From: an uncultured delta proteobacterium
GTDB lineage: Bacteria > Myxococcota_A > Polyangia > Polyangiales > Polyangiaceae
DNA: 64,000 nt
NCBI GenBank assembly: GCA_963841435.1
Contig: CAWJCS010000005.1
Coordinates: 864,001-928,000 of the forward strand
Direction: 5' to 3'
Shown: piece by piece, positions 28,425-38,992 of the stretch
Numbering within the stretch: position 1 is the first letter of the stretch
Layout: each line of letters opens with the position of its first letter
Notes under the pieces: model-generated
Told to the model about the DNA's origin: nothing
The model's database searches: none
The model's input: only the letters and a program-made list of their open reading frames with translations
Program-made: the position numbers and the translations under genes

Positions 28425-29426
28425 TGCACGGAATCTCGGTCATCGTCAGCAACTTCAACGGGGCGCGTTACCTGCCGAAGCTGCTCGAGAGCCTGCGCGC
28501 GCAAACGGGTGTGACGCTCGATATCATCGTCGTCGACCGCAACAGCAAGGACGAGTCCGACGCGATCCTCGCGGGCCACCCGGACGTGACCGTGATCAAG
28601 GAACCCCCCGAATCCGGCCTCGTCGCGGGGTACCATCGTGGCGTCGCCCGGGCGCACCACGACCTCTTCTTCTTCTGCAACGAAGACATGTGGTTCGAGC
28701 CGGACTGCCTGGCACGGCTCGTCGGGCAGCTCGACGTGCCGCCGGGACCCGTCGCCGCTGTCATGCCCGTGCAGCGAACCTACGATGGGGCCGAGCTGGT
28801 CAACGCGGGCGTCTGGTTCGCACCGGCACGCTGGTACCGCGACAACCCCTTTCCGTTCCGCGCATCGGTGACGACGCCGGCCGCCGAGCCCGAAACCATT
28901 TCGGGGGTCAACGCCGGCGCGTGCCTCGTCGCCCGCCGGGCCTACGAAGACGTTCGGCGGTTGGGACACCACCTTCTTCCTCGACTACGAAGATCTCGAT
29001 CTTTCGCTCCGGCTCTGGCAGCGCGGCTACGTCTGCCGCGTCGAACCGCGAGCGCTCGTGTACCACGCGGTCGGCGCGTCGAACGCCCAGCAGCTCGGCC
29101 CTGCGCGTTCCACGGTCGGCCGCAAGCGCTACGTGGCGGCCTTCTCCAATCAGCTCGTCATCGCCTTCAAGTCGTTCACCGGCTTCGCGCCGCTCGTCGT
29201 GCCGGCCCTCGTCGCCGAGCGGCTGCTGCGCGACGCGGCCAAGTGGCGCTTCGACAACCTGGGGCTCGATCTCGCCGCCGTGCGCCTCACGTTGCAGCGC
29301 CTGCCTGAAATCGCGCGCTACCGGCGCCACAACGCGCGCTGGAACGCCGAGCGCCCGGGCCAGCGCTTCTTCCAGGAGCGCGGGTTCGACGCGGCAGAGG
29401 TCGCGCGCCGCCGCGGGGAGCCCTGA
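28424..29426 (+). CDS. Glycosyltransferase family 2 (1-bp frameshift at ~28953)
   Basis: ISVIVSNFNG...CNED; removing one T gives DVGGWDTTFFLDYEDLDLSLRL. Confidence 0.85.
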
Positions 29427-29431
29427 CTCCC

Positions 29432-30392
29432 TTGCGCGTCCTGCACGTCTACTCCGGCAACCTGTTCGGCGGCATCGAGACGTTCCTGCTCACCCTCGCG
29501 CGCTTTGCCGGCGCCGCGCCCACGATGCGCTCCGAATTCGCGCTGTGCTTCCACGGCCGCCTCGAACGGGAGCTCTTGGAGACGGGCGCCACCATATACC
29601 AGCTGGGCGAGGTGCGAGTGCGAGCACCGTGGACCCTCCTCCGCGCTCGACGTCGTCTCGCGAAGCTCGTCCGCGACGGAGGCTACGACGTCGTCGCCTG
29701 CCACTCGGTCTGGACCCAGGCACTGCTCGGCCCCGCCGCAAAGTCCGGGCGGGCTCGCACGGTGTTCTGGCTCCACGATGCGCCGGACCACCGCGGCCTC
29801 TTCGAGCTCTGGGCGGGCCGCACGCCGACGGACCTCGCCATCTGCAACAGCCATTTCACCCTCGGCTCGCTCGCCCTGGAAAGGGCAGCTGCGGCACCTC
29901 CAGGCGCTCTCGCGACTTCCGCCCGACGCCGACTGGCTCTGCCTGATCGTCGGCGGCCCCCAGCGTCCCGTCGAGCAGACCTACGTCGCGAGCCTCGAAG
30001 CCACCGCAAAGCGCCTCGGCATCGCGCCTCGCGTGCGCTTCCTCGGCCAGCGCAGTGACGTCCTGCGCCTGCTCGCCGCCGCCGACGTCCAGTGCCAACC
30101 CAACGCCGGGCCCGAGCCGTTCGGCGTGGTCTTCATCGAAGCGCTCGCCGCCGGCCTCCCCGTCGTGACGATGGACATGGGCGGCCCCAGGGAAATCATC
30201 ACCTCCGAGGTCGGCTTCCTCGCCGCGGACGACGAAGCGCTCGCCACCATCCTGCATACGCTCGTGCACGACAAGGCGCTCGCTCGCGGCCTCGGCGCCG
30301 CGGGTCCCGCGCGCGCGCGCGCGCTGTGCGATCCGTTAACACGCATGCCGGGAATCGAGCGGACGCTCGCCTCGGTGAGACCGTTGGGGTGA
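29432..30392 (+). pseudogene. Glycosyltransferase family 4 with central deletion and frame change at ~29873
   Basis: N-half RVLHVYSGNLFGGIE; C-half PWKG...EPFGVVFIEALAAG in another frame. Confidence 0.8.
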
Positions 30393-30600
30393 TCGCCAGA
30401 TCGGAGAGCGTCCACATCGCTGTTGACCGTCGAGGGATCCACGACGCCGTCGGTCATCGTGCAGCGCTTGCGGCACGCCACCGAGTAGTGCGGCTCAGCG
30501 CGTGTGGGCGACTCACCGGCACGCTTACCGAGGCCCGGTTGCGAGGAAGCGCGCGGGTTGACCCGCCCCAGCCGCTCGGGTATAGACCGCACCCCTTCTC

Positions 30601-31428
30601 ATGCTCGATAGGCTCAAGCAAAGGCTTCGCCCCATCTACATGCCGCTGATCGGGCCGCCACCCAGCCTGCTTCACCTGCTGACGGGGCGAAACGCGCATC
30701 GCGAAGCCGGCTATGTGCGAGAGTTTCACGACGTGACGTGGGGCCGTTACCGGGACTGGCTCGGCTCCGCCCGCAGCCTCGACGAATGGCTGTGCATCCC
30801 CGGTCACGACGATCGAGAGACCGTCGGTCAGATCGATGGAAAGGTCGTCTCTCATAGCTTCGACTGGCTTGCTTTCAGAGCCGGCCTGATCGGTGACGCG
30901 ATCGAGCGCCACTTCCCGGAGGCGACCTCGGTCACCGAGTACGGCTGCGGGATTGGGCGCAACCTTTTGCACCTCTGGCGGCGCTTTCCCAAGCTCGAGC
31001 TCTACGGCTACGAGCTTTCGCCTGCTGGCGTGGAGATCGCTCAGGCAGCGGCCGCGAAGTTTCAGGCACCCGTGCGCTTCGCCCAGCTCGACTACCTCAG
31101 AAGCCCTAGCGAAGCCTTCGTCTTCCCCACCACCGATCTGGCATTCACGGTGTCGTCGCTCGAGCAGCTTCCGCACACTGCTCTCGTCGCGCTCAAGAAC
31201 ATGCTGGATCGTTCGCGGCTCGGCTCCCTCCACCTCGAGCCCGTGGCGGAGAACTACCCGCTGACGTATCGGGGGCTCCTCGGCCGGCTCTACACGCGAC
31301 GCGCAGACTACGTCCGGAATTTCGACGCGGGCGTGCGTGGCTTACCGATCAAGGTGGTGCATCGCGAGGTGACCACGACCGCGCACAATCCGCTGATCTT
31401 TCCGACGCTGTACGTGCTGCGGAAGTAG
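30601..31428 (+). CDS. Class I SAM-dependent methyltransferase
   Basis: VTEYGCGIGRNL. Confidence 0.8.
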   Translation: MLDRLKQRLRPIYMPLIGPPPSLLHLLTGRNAHREAGYVREFHDVTWGRYRDWLGSARSLDEWLCIPGHDDRETVGQIDGKVVSHSFDWLAFRAGLIGDAIERHFPEATSVTEYGCGIGRNLLHLWRRFPKLELYGYELSPAGVEIAQAAAAKFQAPVRFAQLDYLRSPSEAFVFPTTDLAFTVSSLEQLPHTALVALKNMLDRSRLGSLHLEPVAENYPLTYRGLLGRLYTRRADYVRNFDAGVRGLPIKVVHREVTTTAHNPLIFPTLYVLRK

Positions 31429-31537
31429 AGGCCGCGCCGCCGTGCGGAGCGGAGGCCCCGGGGTGGGGCTGGGTCGCGTTGCGGCTCGAGACCGCGGGTT
31501 CCTTGACAGGCAGTAGCGCTCGCCATATGTACTGAAT

Positions 31538-32560
31538 GTGCGAGCCAACTCGGAGGCCAGCGCGGCGAGCGTCCCGGGCAGCGCAGGAGGTCGGAGCGCC
31601 GGCTCAGGGTTGGTCCCGGTGAAGTGCCCGCTCTGTGAGGGGGCCCGCACCGTGAAGACCGTGAGGGCTCGCCACGACATCTTCTTGCCGGAGCTGGGTC
31701 TCCCGTTGGAGGGGAGCACCTGGGTCATCTGTCGCGACTGCGGCGTGGTCTTTCAGAGCCCGCGGCCCGGACCCGAGCTGATGAACCGCTTCTACAGCGG
31801 AGGGTTCTATCACTCCGTTCAGACGCAGAAGTTGTCCGAAGCCGGGCTCAACACCAAGCGCACTCAGGTAGAGAGCCAAATCGATTGGCTCGAGGAGGTG
31901 GCCGGTCGCGAGCTCTCCTCCAACCGGCGCGCGCTCGAGCTCGGGTGCGGCCCCGGGGTCGCGCTCGACGTGCTCAGGCAGCGCGGATGGGAGGTTCGGG
32001 GCGTGGAGCCCGACGGCAGCGTCGCTGAGATCGGCAATCGAAAGTTCGGCCTCGACATCGTCGCGCGACCGTTCACCGACGAGCTGTTTCCGAAGGACCA
32101 CTTCACGCTCGTGTACTCGCATCACGTGTACGAGCACTTGGACGACCCAGTCGGCATCACCCGGATGGTGCGCAACGTCATCGCACCCGACGGGCTGATG
32201 TTCATCGTCATTCCGAGCTACCCGGCGTCTTTCAACTTCCTTCCCTGGCGCTGGATGAACGTGTGTCACAACACGCTCTTCACGCACAAGACGCTCGGTA
32301 ATCTCCTGGCTGCGACCGGGTTCGAGATGACGAAGCATCGCTACACCCCGTATGGGGAGCTCTGGGCGCTCGCTCGCCCCGTTCCCCAGAGCTCCAAGCC
32401 GCGCTTCCGTGTTCGCTGGTGGCAGGAGCAAGCCACGCTCTGGGCATGCCCGGCGTTGGTTGCCGCCGGCCGCGCCCGCTCGGCCGGCAAGCGGCTCGTG
32501 ACCGACCCCCGCTACGTGCTCCGAAAGCTTCAGCGCGCCGTCGGCGGCACCTCGGGCTGA
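31538..32560 (+). CDS. SAM-dependent methyltransferase with N-terminal Zn ribbon
   Basis: CPLC..CRDCG; LELGCGPG; HVYEHLDDP. Confidence 0.85.
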   Translation: MRANSEASAASVPGSAGGRSAGSGLVPVKCPLCEGARTVKTVRARHDIFLPELGLPLEGSTWVICRDCGVVFQSPRPGPELMNRFYSGGFYHSVQTQKLSEAGLNTKRTQVESQIDWLEEVAGRELSSNRRALELGCGPGVALDVLRQRGWEVRGVEPDGSVAEIGNRKFGLDIVARPFTDELFPKDHFTLVYSHHVYEHLDDPVGITRMVRNVIAPDGLMFIVIPSYPASFNFLPWRWMNVCHNTLFTHKTLGNLLAATGFEMTKHRYTPYGELWALARPVPQSSKPRFRVRWWQEQATLWACPALVAAGRARSAGKRLVTDPRYVLRKLQRAVGGTSG

Positions 32561-32871
32561 GGCGTGGCCGGGGGCCGTTCGCCCGCGAGTGTATCCGAGG
32601 CTGAACGAGGCAGAGCGCGAGCTCAACTCCCGAAGAGCTCGACGACCTCATCGCACGGCTTTCAGCGGCACGCGGGTCGGGGTTTCCCGCTAAAGCGCGG
32701 GCGCCAAGCTCCGGTTCAACGGAAGGGGCGCGACGTGCTGGGCAGACAACAGCTGGGAGGTAAACACCGTGGATGCCTATGAAATCGCCGTGCCGGTCGT
32801 CGTGTTGGGGCTCGCGCTGGTCCTTCAGCGACGCAGGCGTGCTCGCTGGGACGCTGGCTTGATCCAGCAGT

Positions 32872-33742
32872 CGCAAAGCCCCGTCCGTCCTCTGCACGGT
32901 GCAGACGGCGCCGGTGTGCGCATCCTCGACGCTCGCAAGGCCGAACTCTCCTTTCGCTCTCTTCTTGAGCGAGCGGCTGAGCTCACCGACGAACGCGCTC
33001 ACGACCTTCGCGCAGAGCTCGCGGTCGTAGCCGAGCAAGGCTCTGAGGCCCCAGGGCAAGGAACAGATCCAATGCCGAATGCGCACGCACGGCAGCACAC
33101 GCTCTTCCAAGTGGACCGCCGTATCCGCCATCCGCCGCCCCAGGCAACTGGGGCAGAACCCTCGCTTCTTGCAGGAGAGCGCCACGACCTCGGAGTAGCC
33201 GCAGCTACGGCACACGAGGTGGAGACAACCCTCCTCGATGATGCCACACTTCAAGAACTCCTCGAACTCCCTCACCACGAACTTCGGCAGCCCGCCCGAC
33301 TCCTCCATCCGCTCGCGAAACGCCGGCCAGCGCTCGGCCACCGTCTGGTAGAGCACGCCGTCTTCCGGTCGCCTTCGCGCGTAGCCGTCCCGACGGGTAG
33401 TGCCGTGCTCTGTTTGCCGACTGTGCGCGGGATCGCCCACGCTCGAGCGCTCGAGCCAGCCGCGTGCCGATGCGCTCTCTCACCAGATCGCGCTTGCTCG
33501 ATGCCCGGCGGCCACTGGCTCGCCACGCGGCCGCCGGTCGCGGGCCCCTCCCGCTTGCGCGCAGGCCCGCGGCCGAGCACAAGTTTGGGAGGGGCAAGGC
33601 CCGCGCAGGCAGCGCGCGCAGTGCGCGCAAGGCGGGCCACGACGACCCCATCGTCAACGCTGCGCGCGGCGCGCCCGCCTGAGCACACGAGCACGCGCCG
33701 AGCAGGCCGGGGCGTGGGCAGCAAAGCTGGAGCAAGGCCACA
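32872..33742 (-). mobile_element. IS91-family remnant: putative left end plus transposase N-terminus (start 33440)
   Basis: YARRRPED...SCKKRGFCPSC...RHWICSLPW...QRTDGALRL, then truncated. Confidence 0.85.
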
Positions 33743-34179
33743 TAGAGGAGCGTTCGAGGGCTGCCCGCCCGAGCTCCCGGGTAGGCCGCTCGAGGCGCGC
33801 GGCGACGCGCGTCCCAGAGGAATGACCGGCGCCTCCATCGCGATATCTGACCTCACGCCCGCCGGCCAAACGGCTGTCGAGACGCTCGACTCTGCCGCGA
33901 GGAGGTCAGGTGACGCGGCACTCAAGAACGCCGAGCGCGCGATGGAACTATGGGAAAGCCAAGGATAGCGATCGGCCGCACGCTGAGCACCTCCTCGGGT
34001 CACTGATTGGCTTGTTTGGGTGCGGGTCCTCGAAGAAGCCCCCTACGCCGCGCGGTTGGTGCCGCCTACGTCGTCCAAGTGATCTTGGACGCCTGCTGTC
34101 GCCTCGTACATTCTCGGGACAGCCCGCAGCCCTACCCGCAGCCCTACGTCAGGCGGGCACCACGGCCCGCGGGTGCAAG

Positions 34180-34294
34180 GTAACCGCTACACCGACCCCA
34201 TCTTGAAAGGGCAGCTCGGCCGGGGGTCGCGATGCCGCGCTCGCGCCGAGCTCAGGCCGCCGGCGGGATCGTGAACGGGCACAGCGGTGCGTCG
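34180..34294 (-). mobile_element. IS66 remnant B: right end and last tnpC codons
   Basis: DAPLCPFTIPPAA* followed by ...GTAGCGGTTAC; contiguous with 36878-37020 once the inner IS66 is removed. Confidence 0.8.
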
Positions 34295-34365
34295 GTGTCC
34301 GTCCGCCCGGCCGCACCCGGTGACGACGCCCCCGGCGGCGGCGCGGCGCGGCAGACTCGGGGGCG

Positions 34366-34701
34366 ATGGAACGCTGGACGACGGACGAGGCGCGGGAAGT
34401 TCTCGGGCGATGGCGCGCGAGCGGCGAATCGGCTCGAGCGTACGGGCGCGAGGAGGGCATCGATCCGCAGCGGCTGTTTTACTGGCGGAGGAAACTGGGA
34501 AGCGCAGCGAAACGCGGACCGAAGCGGCCCGAGCGTGCGATCGCGCGGTTGGTGCCGGCGGTGGTCCGGGTCGAGAGCGCGACGGGGGACGAGCGTGCGG
34601 TCGTCGTGCGCCTGTCGAGCGGAGTGATCGTCGAAGTCAACGCGGCGCGCGTGCGGCCCGAGTGGCTGGCTACGCTCGTCGGCGAACTCGCGAGGCGATG
34701 A
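34366..34701 (+). CDS. tnpA: IS66 accessory protein TnpA
   Basis: WRASGESARAYGREEGI...YWRRKL. Confidence 0.85.
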   Translation: MERWTTDEAREVLGRWRASGESARAYGREEGIDPQRLFYWRRKLGSAAKRGPKRPERAIARLVPAVVRVESATGDERAVVVRLSSGVIVEVNAARVRPEWLATLVGELARR

Positions 34702-34704
34702 GCC

Positions 34705-35085
34705 GTGCTGCTCTTGCCGCGCGCCGTGCGCGTGTACGTGGGGACGGAGCCGGTTAATCTCAGAAAGTCGTTCGACGGCCTGTCGAACGAAGTCCGCGAG
34801 GTGCTCCGGCGCGATCCGCTGAGCGGGCACGTCTTCGTGTTCCTCAACCGGCGAAAGACGATGGTGAAGCTTCTTCTGTGGACTCGCGGCGGCTTCACGA
34901 TTTTGCACAAACGGCTCGAGCAGGGGCGCTTCACTTTTACGAAGAAGGTGACGAGCGAGGCGAAAAGCGTGGAGCTCGAGGTGCACGAGCTTTCGATGTT
35001 GCTCGAGGGCATCGACGCTCGCGTCGTGAGCACGCAGAAGCGCTGGGAGCCACCGCTGCACGCGCGGGCAACTGTGTCGCCGTGA
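34705..35085 (+). CDS. tnpB: IS66 accessory protein TnpB
   Basis: PVNLRKSFDGL...DPLSGHVFVFLNRR...KRLEQGRF. Confidence 0.92.
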   Translation: MLLLPRAVRVYVGTEPVNLRKSFDGLSNEVREVLRRDPLSGHVFVFLNRRKTMVKLLLWTRGGFTILHKRLEQGRFTFTKKVTSEAKSVELEVHELSMLLEGIDARVVSTQKRWEPPLHARATVSP

Positions 35086-35157
35086 CGGTACGTGATCCCA
35101 CGTGACAACGCGCGATTCTTCTTGCTCCTTTCGATCGCGATGAAATAGAAACGCGGA

Positions 35158-36807
35158 GTGAGCGGAGCGACGAAGAGCACGAGCAAGGAGCGGAGGGGGC
35201 CGGCGCTCGACATGCTCAAGGAGCTGCTCGCGGAAGGTCGCAACGACAACGTCCTCCGACTTTTCGAGAAGCTCGTTGCGCGCAACAGCGAGCTCGAGCA
35301 GCGACTCGCCGAGATCGCCGCGCGTCGCAAGAAGAATGAAGGGCTCCCGAAGGAGCAGCTCCTACTTTTTCTCGACGCGCTCGCGACGGTGGCCGAGAGC
35401 GAAGGTGGGACCGACGAAGAGCGGGACGAGGCGAATCAGAAGCTCAGAAGCGCGTCCGGCATCGACGAAGGCCCCAAAGACGATCCGGAAACCAAAGAGA
35501 CGAAGGAGCCGAAGAAACAGCCGCCGCTCAGAAAGGCTCCGCCGGCGGAGCTCCGGCGCGTCGAAAACCCCATCTCCGTGCCGGAGTCTGAGCGGCCTTG
35601 CCCGGTCTGCGGAGCCGAGCGCAAGTGCATCGGCCACGACGTGACGGAGGTCATCGAGCTCATCCCGGCAGAGGTCGTCGTGCGACGCGACGCGAGAGAG
35701 AAGCTCGCGTGCAAGCAATGCGAGGGGGAGCTCGTCCGCGCGCCGCCAGGCGACAAGGTCGTCGCGGGCGGGAAGCTCGGCTCGAGACTCGTCGCTCAGC
35801 TTCTCGTCAACAAGTACTGGGACGGGCTGCCGCTACACCGTCAGAAGCAGCGTTTCGATCGCATGGGGCTCGACATCAGCGTCTCGACGCTCGCGGACCA
35901 GGTGACGTGGGCGACGGACTTGCTCAGACCGCTCTGGCGCGCGGGCATCGCCAACGTGCTGATGGCGATCGTGATGCACCTGGATGGGACGAGCCTTCCG
36001 GTGCTCGACCGCGACGCGCCCGGAGGCAAGAAGCTCGGAACGCTCTGGGGCTACGTCGGCGACACGGAGACGGCGCTCTACCTCTACGCCTCGACCGGAA
36101 AGAAGACAGGGCAGAAGAAGGGCGAGCTCGGCCCCGAGGATATGCTCAAGCTCAGAAACGGCTACACGGTGGCCGACGCGGCCACCGTCTTCGACGCGAG
36201 CTTCAAGCGCGAAGAGCTCATCGAGTGCGGCTGCAACATGCACGCCCGGCGCTACTTCGTCAGAGCGCTCGACGGCGGCGACAACCGCGCAGCGCTACCG
36301 CTCGCCGCGTACAAGAAGCTCTACGACATCGAGGAAGAGACCAGGGGCGCCACGCTCGAAGCGAAGCTCGTCGAGAGGCAGGCGCGCAGTAGACCCGTCT
36401 TCGACGAGCTCATCGCTTGGGCGAACGTGCACAAGTCACACGAGCCGCCGAGCTCGGCGATGGGAACAGCGATCCGCTACCTCACGAACCACCAGCTCGC
36501 GCTCGGCCGTTTCCTCGAGGACGGCGTCATCCCAATCGACAACGGGATCGTGGAGCGGCTGCACGTCCGCGCCGCGCTAACGCGAAAAAACTTCCTCTTC
36601 GCTGGCTCCGATGCAGGCGGCGAGCGCGCCGCAATCGCCTACACGATCCTCGGCTCTTGCGCGCTCGCCCACGTCGACCCGGTCGAATACCTCGCCGACG
36701 TGCTGCCCCGCCTCGCGCGCCGCGTGCGTCTGCGGGAGCTGCCCGACATGCTGCCAGCGCCGTGGAAGGCTGCGCGCCTGGCGACTCAGCCCGCCGCCGC
36801 GGAGTGA
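35158..36807 (+). CDS. tnpC: IS66 transposase TnpC
   Basis: CPVCG, LPLHRQ, CNMHARRYF, PIDNGIVER, RKNFLFAGS. Confidence 0.95.
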   Translation: MSGATKSTSKERRGPALDMLKELLAEGRNDNVLRLFEKLVARNSELEQRLAEIAARRKKNEGLPKEQLLLFLDALATVAESEGGTDEERDEANQKLRSASGIDEGPKDDPETKETKEPKKQPPLRKAPPAELRRVENPISVPESERPCPVCGAERKCIGHDVTEVIELIPAEVVVRRDAREKLACKQCEGELVRAPPGDKVVAGGKLGSRLVAQLLVNKYWDGLPLHRQKQRFDRMGLDISVSTLADQVTWATDLLRPLWRAGIANVLMAIVMHLDGTSLPVLDRDAPGGKKLGTLWGYVGDTETALYLYASTGKKTGQKKGELGPEDMLKLRNGYTVADAATVFDASFKREELIECGCNMHARRYFVRALDGGDNRAALPLAAYKKLYDIEEETRGATLEAKLVERQARSRPVFDELIAWANVHKSHEPPSSAMGTAIRYLTNHQLALGRFLEDGVIPIDNGIVERLHVRAALTRKNFLFAGSDAGGERAAIAYTILGSCALAHVDPVEYLADVLPRLARRVRLRELPDMLPAPWKAARLATQPAAAE

Positions 36808-36877
36808 ACGAGGGCTTCAGACCCGTCCGTCAAGCCGTAGCGCGGGTGTCTTGGGGTGCGGACGGGCGGACGGACAC

Positions 36878-37020
36878 GTGCGTCGAGTTCCTCGGCGCGA
36901 AGCTTGGCACGGGTGGCGGGCCAGAACTTCGGAGCGAGCTCGAGGTAGCGAGTCGGGGGCCAGTAGGGCAGGACGCGGAGGATCTCGTCGAGGTACTGCT
37001 CGGCGTCGAGCCGGTGAAGC
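36878..37020 (-). mobile_element. IS66 remnant B: tnpC C-terminal fragment
   Basis: LDAEQYLDEILRVLPYWPPTRYLELAPKFWPATRAKL. Confidence 0.8.
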
Positions 37021-37192
37021 CAGGGGTCCGGCCCGCAGGCTGATCGCCCGAAGATCGCGCAACTACCGATTACGTCAAGGCCCGCGGCGTGCCCTGCCTC
37101 GGCGGAACGCGTTTGGAACCCCTATCCCCCGACGGATTACGTCCATTTCTGCGGCGGGCTCTGCCTCGGCGGAACGCGTTTGGAACCCCTAC
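37021..37192 (+). mobile_element. Variant mini element (37021-37125) plus tandem partial copy (37131-37192)
   Basis: Starts CAGGGGTCCGGCCCGCAGGCTG; CTGCCTCGGCGGAACGCGTTTGGAACCCCTA occurs twice, each followed by a C-run. Confidence 0.7.
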
Positions 37193-37307
37193 CCCCCTAC
37201 GTCTCCGCCAACGGCTTTTGGACCTATTGGCAAACGGGACGCCTGGGCGCGTCGTGCGCCGTCAGTTGCCGACGTTCACCTTCGCAATGACGGCCGTGTA
37301 GTAGTCG

Positions 37308-37706
37308 TCAATCGAAGGGATCACGCCGTCGTCCGGCAGCGTCAGCTCCCACACGACAAGTGCAACCTGGACCCGTCCCACTTCTCGCCTCGCACTCAAC
37401 GTCGGCGTCTGCCTTGTTTCCACCCTGGCGTCCATCGGCACCAAGACCAACGACTCGCGGATGCCCTTCCACAAACTGACAGACCATGAGCCTCCCCCAT
37501 GGGTCGCGTACGGACGACGGTTCAGGGGGTGGCCATACGGAGCAGTCGTGTGGGGGGATTGAGCCAAGTGTGACACTGCAAGCGCGACCGGCCCGTGAGA
37601 CCGCAAGCTCAATACGATCCTCTTCGTACCCTCTCCAGCCAAGGTAGGCTGCGACGGCAACGGTGGCGGCAGATCCTATACCAAAGAGCCAACGGCGCGC
37701 GGCCAC
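37308..37706 (-). CDS. Small membrane-anchored protein with GspG-like motif
   Basis: N-terminal TM segment; DPWGR...GLGADGRQGG..ADAD. Confidence 0.5.
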   Translation of the reverse strand: MAARRWLFGIGSAATVAVAAYLGWRGYEEDRIELAVSRAGRACSVTLGSIPPHDCSVWPPPEPSSVRDPWGRLMVCQFVEGHPRVVGLGADGRQGGNKADADVECEARSGTGPGCTCRVGADAAGRRRDPFD

Positions 37707-37709
37707 ATA

Positions 37710-37919
37710 TCACCAAAAATTCCAAAGTGCGTCTTCGAGCGACTGCCACGGATCGTTTTGAATTCGTTGCAGCTCATCTACTGCGCCGTCGGTAAATGTC
37801 CGACAGTCGTTGATCCCCAAAAGATAAGGAATCCGATCGGATGCCTGATTGACATCATACGTTTCATGGATCCACTCTTCCAACTGCCTGTCCTCGTCGG
37901 GAGTAGAAGCGTAGCATTC
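37710..37919 (-). pseudogene. Low-GC C-terminal gene fragment, possibly a toxin tip
   Basis: Manual translation ...IPYLLGINDCRTFTD...LWNFW*; cut by the mini element. Confidence 0.35.
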
Positions 37920-37920
37920 T

Positions 37921-38012
37921 CAGCGGTCCGGCCCGCAGGCTGGATCGCATATTCGGCGATCCGTAGAGTCCAGCACGCCATCCACCGCGACGGATGCGTT
38001 TGCTTCGCCTAT
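37921..38012 (+). mobile_element. Mini hairpin element, copy 3
   Basis: 92 bp with the same ends; abuts the TG of the next transposon. Confidence 0.8.
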
Positions 38013-38109
38013 TGTTAGCGCGCAGCGCAGCTGAGGGACGGGAGCGGGATCTCGCGCAAGCTGCGTGAGGGAGATCCGGCGGGCGGGGTGAGATCCCCCT
38101 TCGCCGAGG

Positions 38110-38865
38110 TTGCGCGTTTCTGGCCGGGATCGCGCTTGGCGTCGTAGAGGGCCGCGCCGGAGAAGACGCCCGGGCTTGGTGCTCGGACAAAAAGTTGGCG
38201 GGCGGTGTTCGAAGCACCGTTGTCCCGCCGAGCTCCGCCGAAGGCAGTTGAAGACGATCCAGCGAAGCGACACACGCATCATCCAATCCGCGATCAACGT
38301 CAAGTTTTGGGCAGAGGCACCGCCGTCCTGCTCGGCGGTGCGCCCGGCGAGCTGCCCCGGTTGCGGGGCTGCGAGCCGGGAGCCCGGCCGCGCTGTTGCG
38401 ATCGTGGGCCACGGTTTCCGGAGCCGTGACGTCGAGGGACCGGCGGGGCCGGGCGAGGCTCCGGCGTCGACGACCGTGGTCGCGCGGCGTTACCGCTGTC
38501 GCGTGTGCGGGGCGGTGCTGGTCGTCGTGCCGCGGGGGGTGGGCCGGGCACTGCGGTACACGCTCGACGCCATCGGCTATGCGCTTGCCCTCTGGGGGTA
38601 TGCGCGGACGACGGCGGAGCGGACGCGCAGGGCGGTGAGCACGGCGAAGGCGCGGGGCATCTCGGCGCCGGAGAAGTGGTCCTCGCTTCGACGGTGGACG
38701 GTGTCGGCCGCGAGGATCTTCGGCTCCGGGACGCCCAGCGCGGGCGGCACGCTGAGGGACCGGGCAGCGCGGCTCGCCTCGTGGCTCGCATCGCAGGCGC
38801 CGCTGCCGACGGGAGCGGTGCCCAAGGATGCCTTCTTCGGCGGCCGCTTCGTCCACGCACGATGA
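38110..38865 (+). CDS. Zn-finger accessory protein (DUF6431-like); start uncertain
   Basis: CPGCG...GHGFRSR...RRYRCRVCG. Confidence 0.7.
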   Translation: MRVSGRDRAWRRRGPRRRRRPGLVLGQKVGGRCSKHRCPAELRRRQLKTIQRSDTRIIQSAINVKFWAEAPPSCSAVRPASCPGCGAASREPGRAVAIVGHGFRSRDVEGPAGPGEAPASTTVVARRYRCRVCGAVLVVVPRGVGRALRYTLDAIGYALALWGYARTTAERTRRAVSTAKARGISAPEKWSSLRRWTVSAARIFGSGTPSAGGTLRDRAARLASWLASQAPLPTGAVPKDAFFGGRFVHAR

Positions 38866-38992
38866 GCGATGGCACCGAGAGCTCGAGCCCCGCCCAAGCC
38901 GCATCCACCAGATCCGGCGTCTGCCGAGCAGGCTCGTTGGATGCGAGCGATCCGCTCCGCGCGGCCCACTCCGGGCGCGCAGGAGAAAAACG

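Larger units (their letters stand above)
34295..36877 (+). mobile_element. Complete IS66 family element with 8-bp target duplication GTGCGTCG
   Basis: IR GTGTCCGTCCGCCCGnCCGCACCC; direct repeats at 34287-34294 and 36878-36885. Confidence 0.93.

Noticed and set aside
34180-34294. GTAACCG at 34180 as the left end of the complete IS66
   Set aside because: The true IR and 8-bp target duplication are at 34295/36877; 34180 is the right end of the interrupted IS66.
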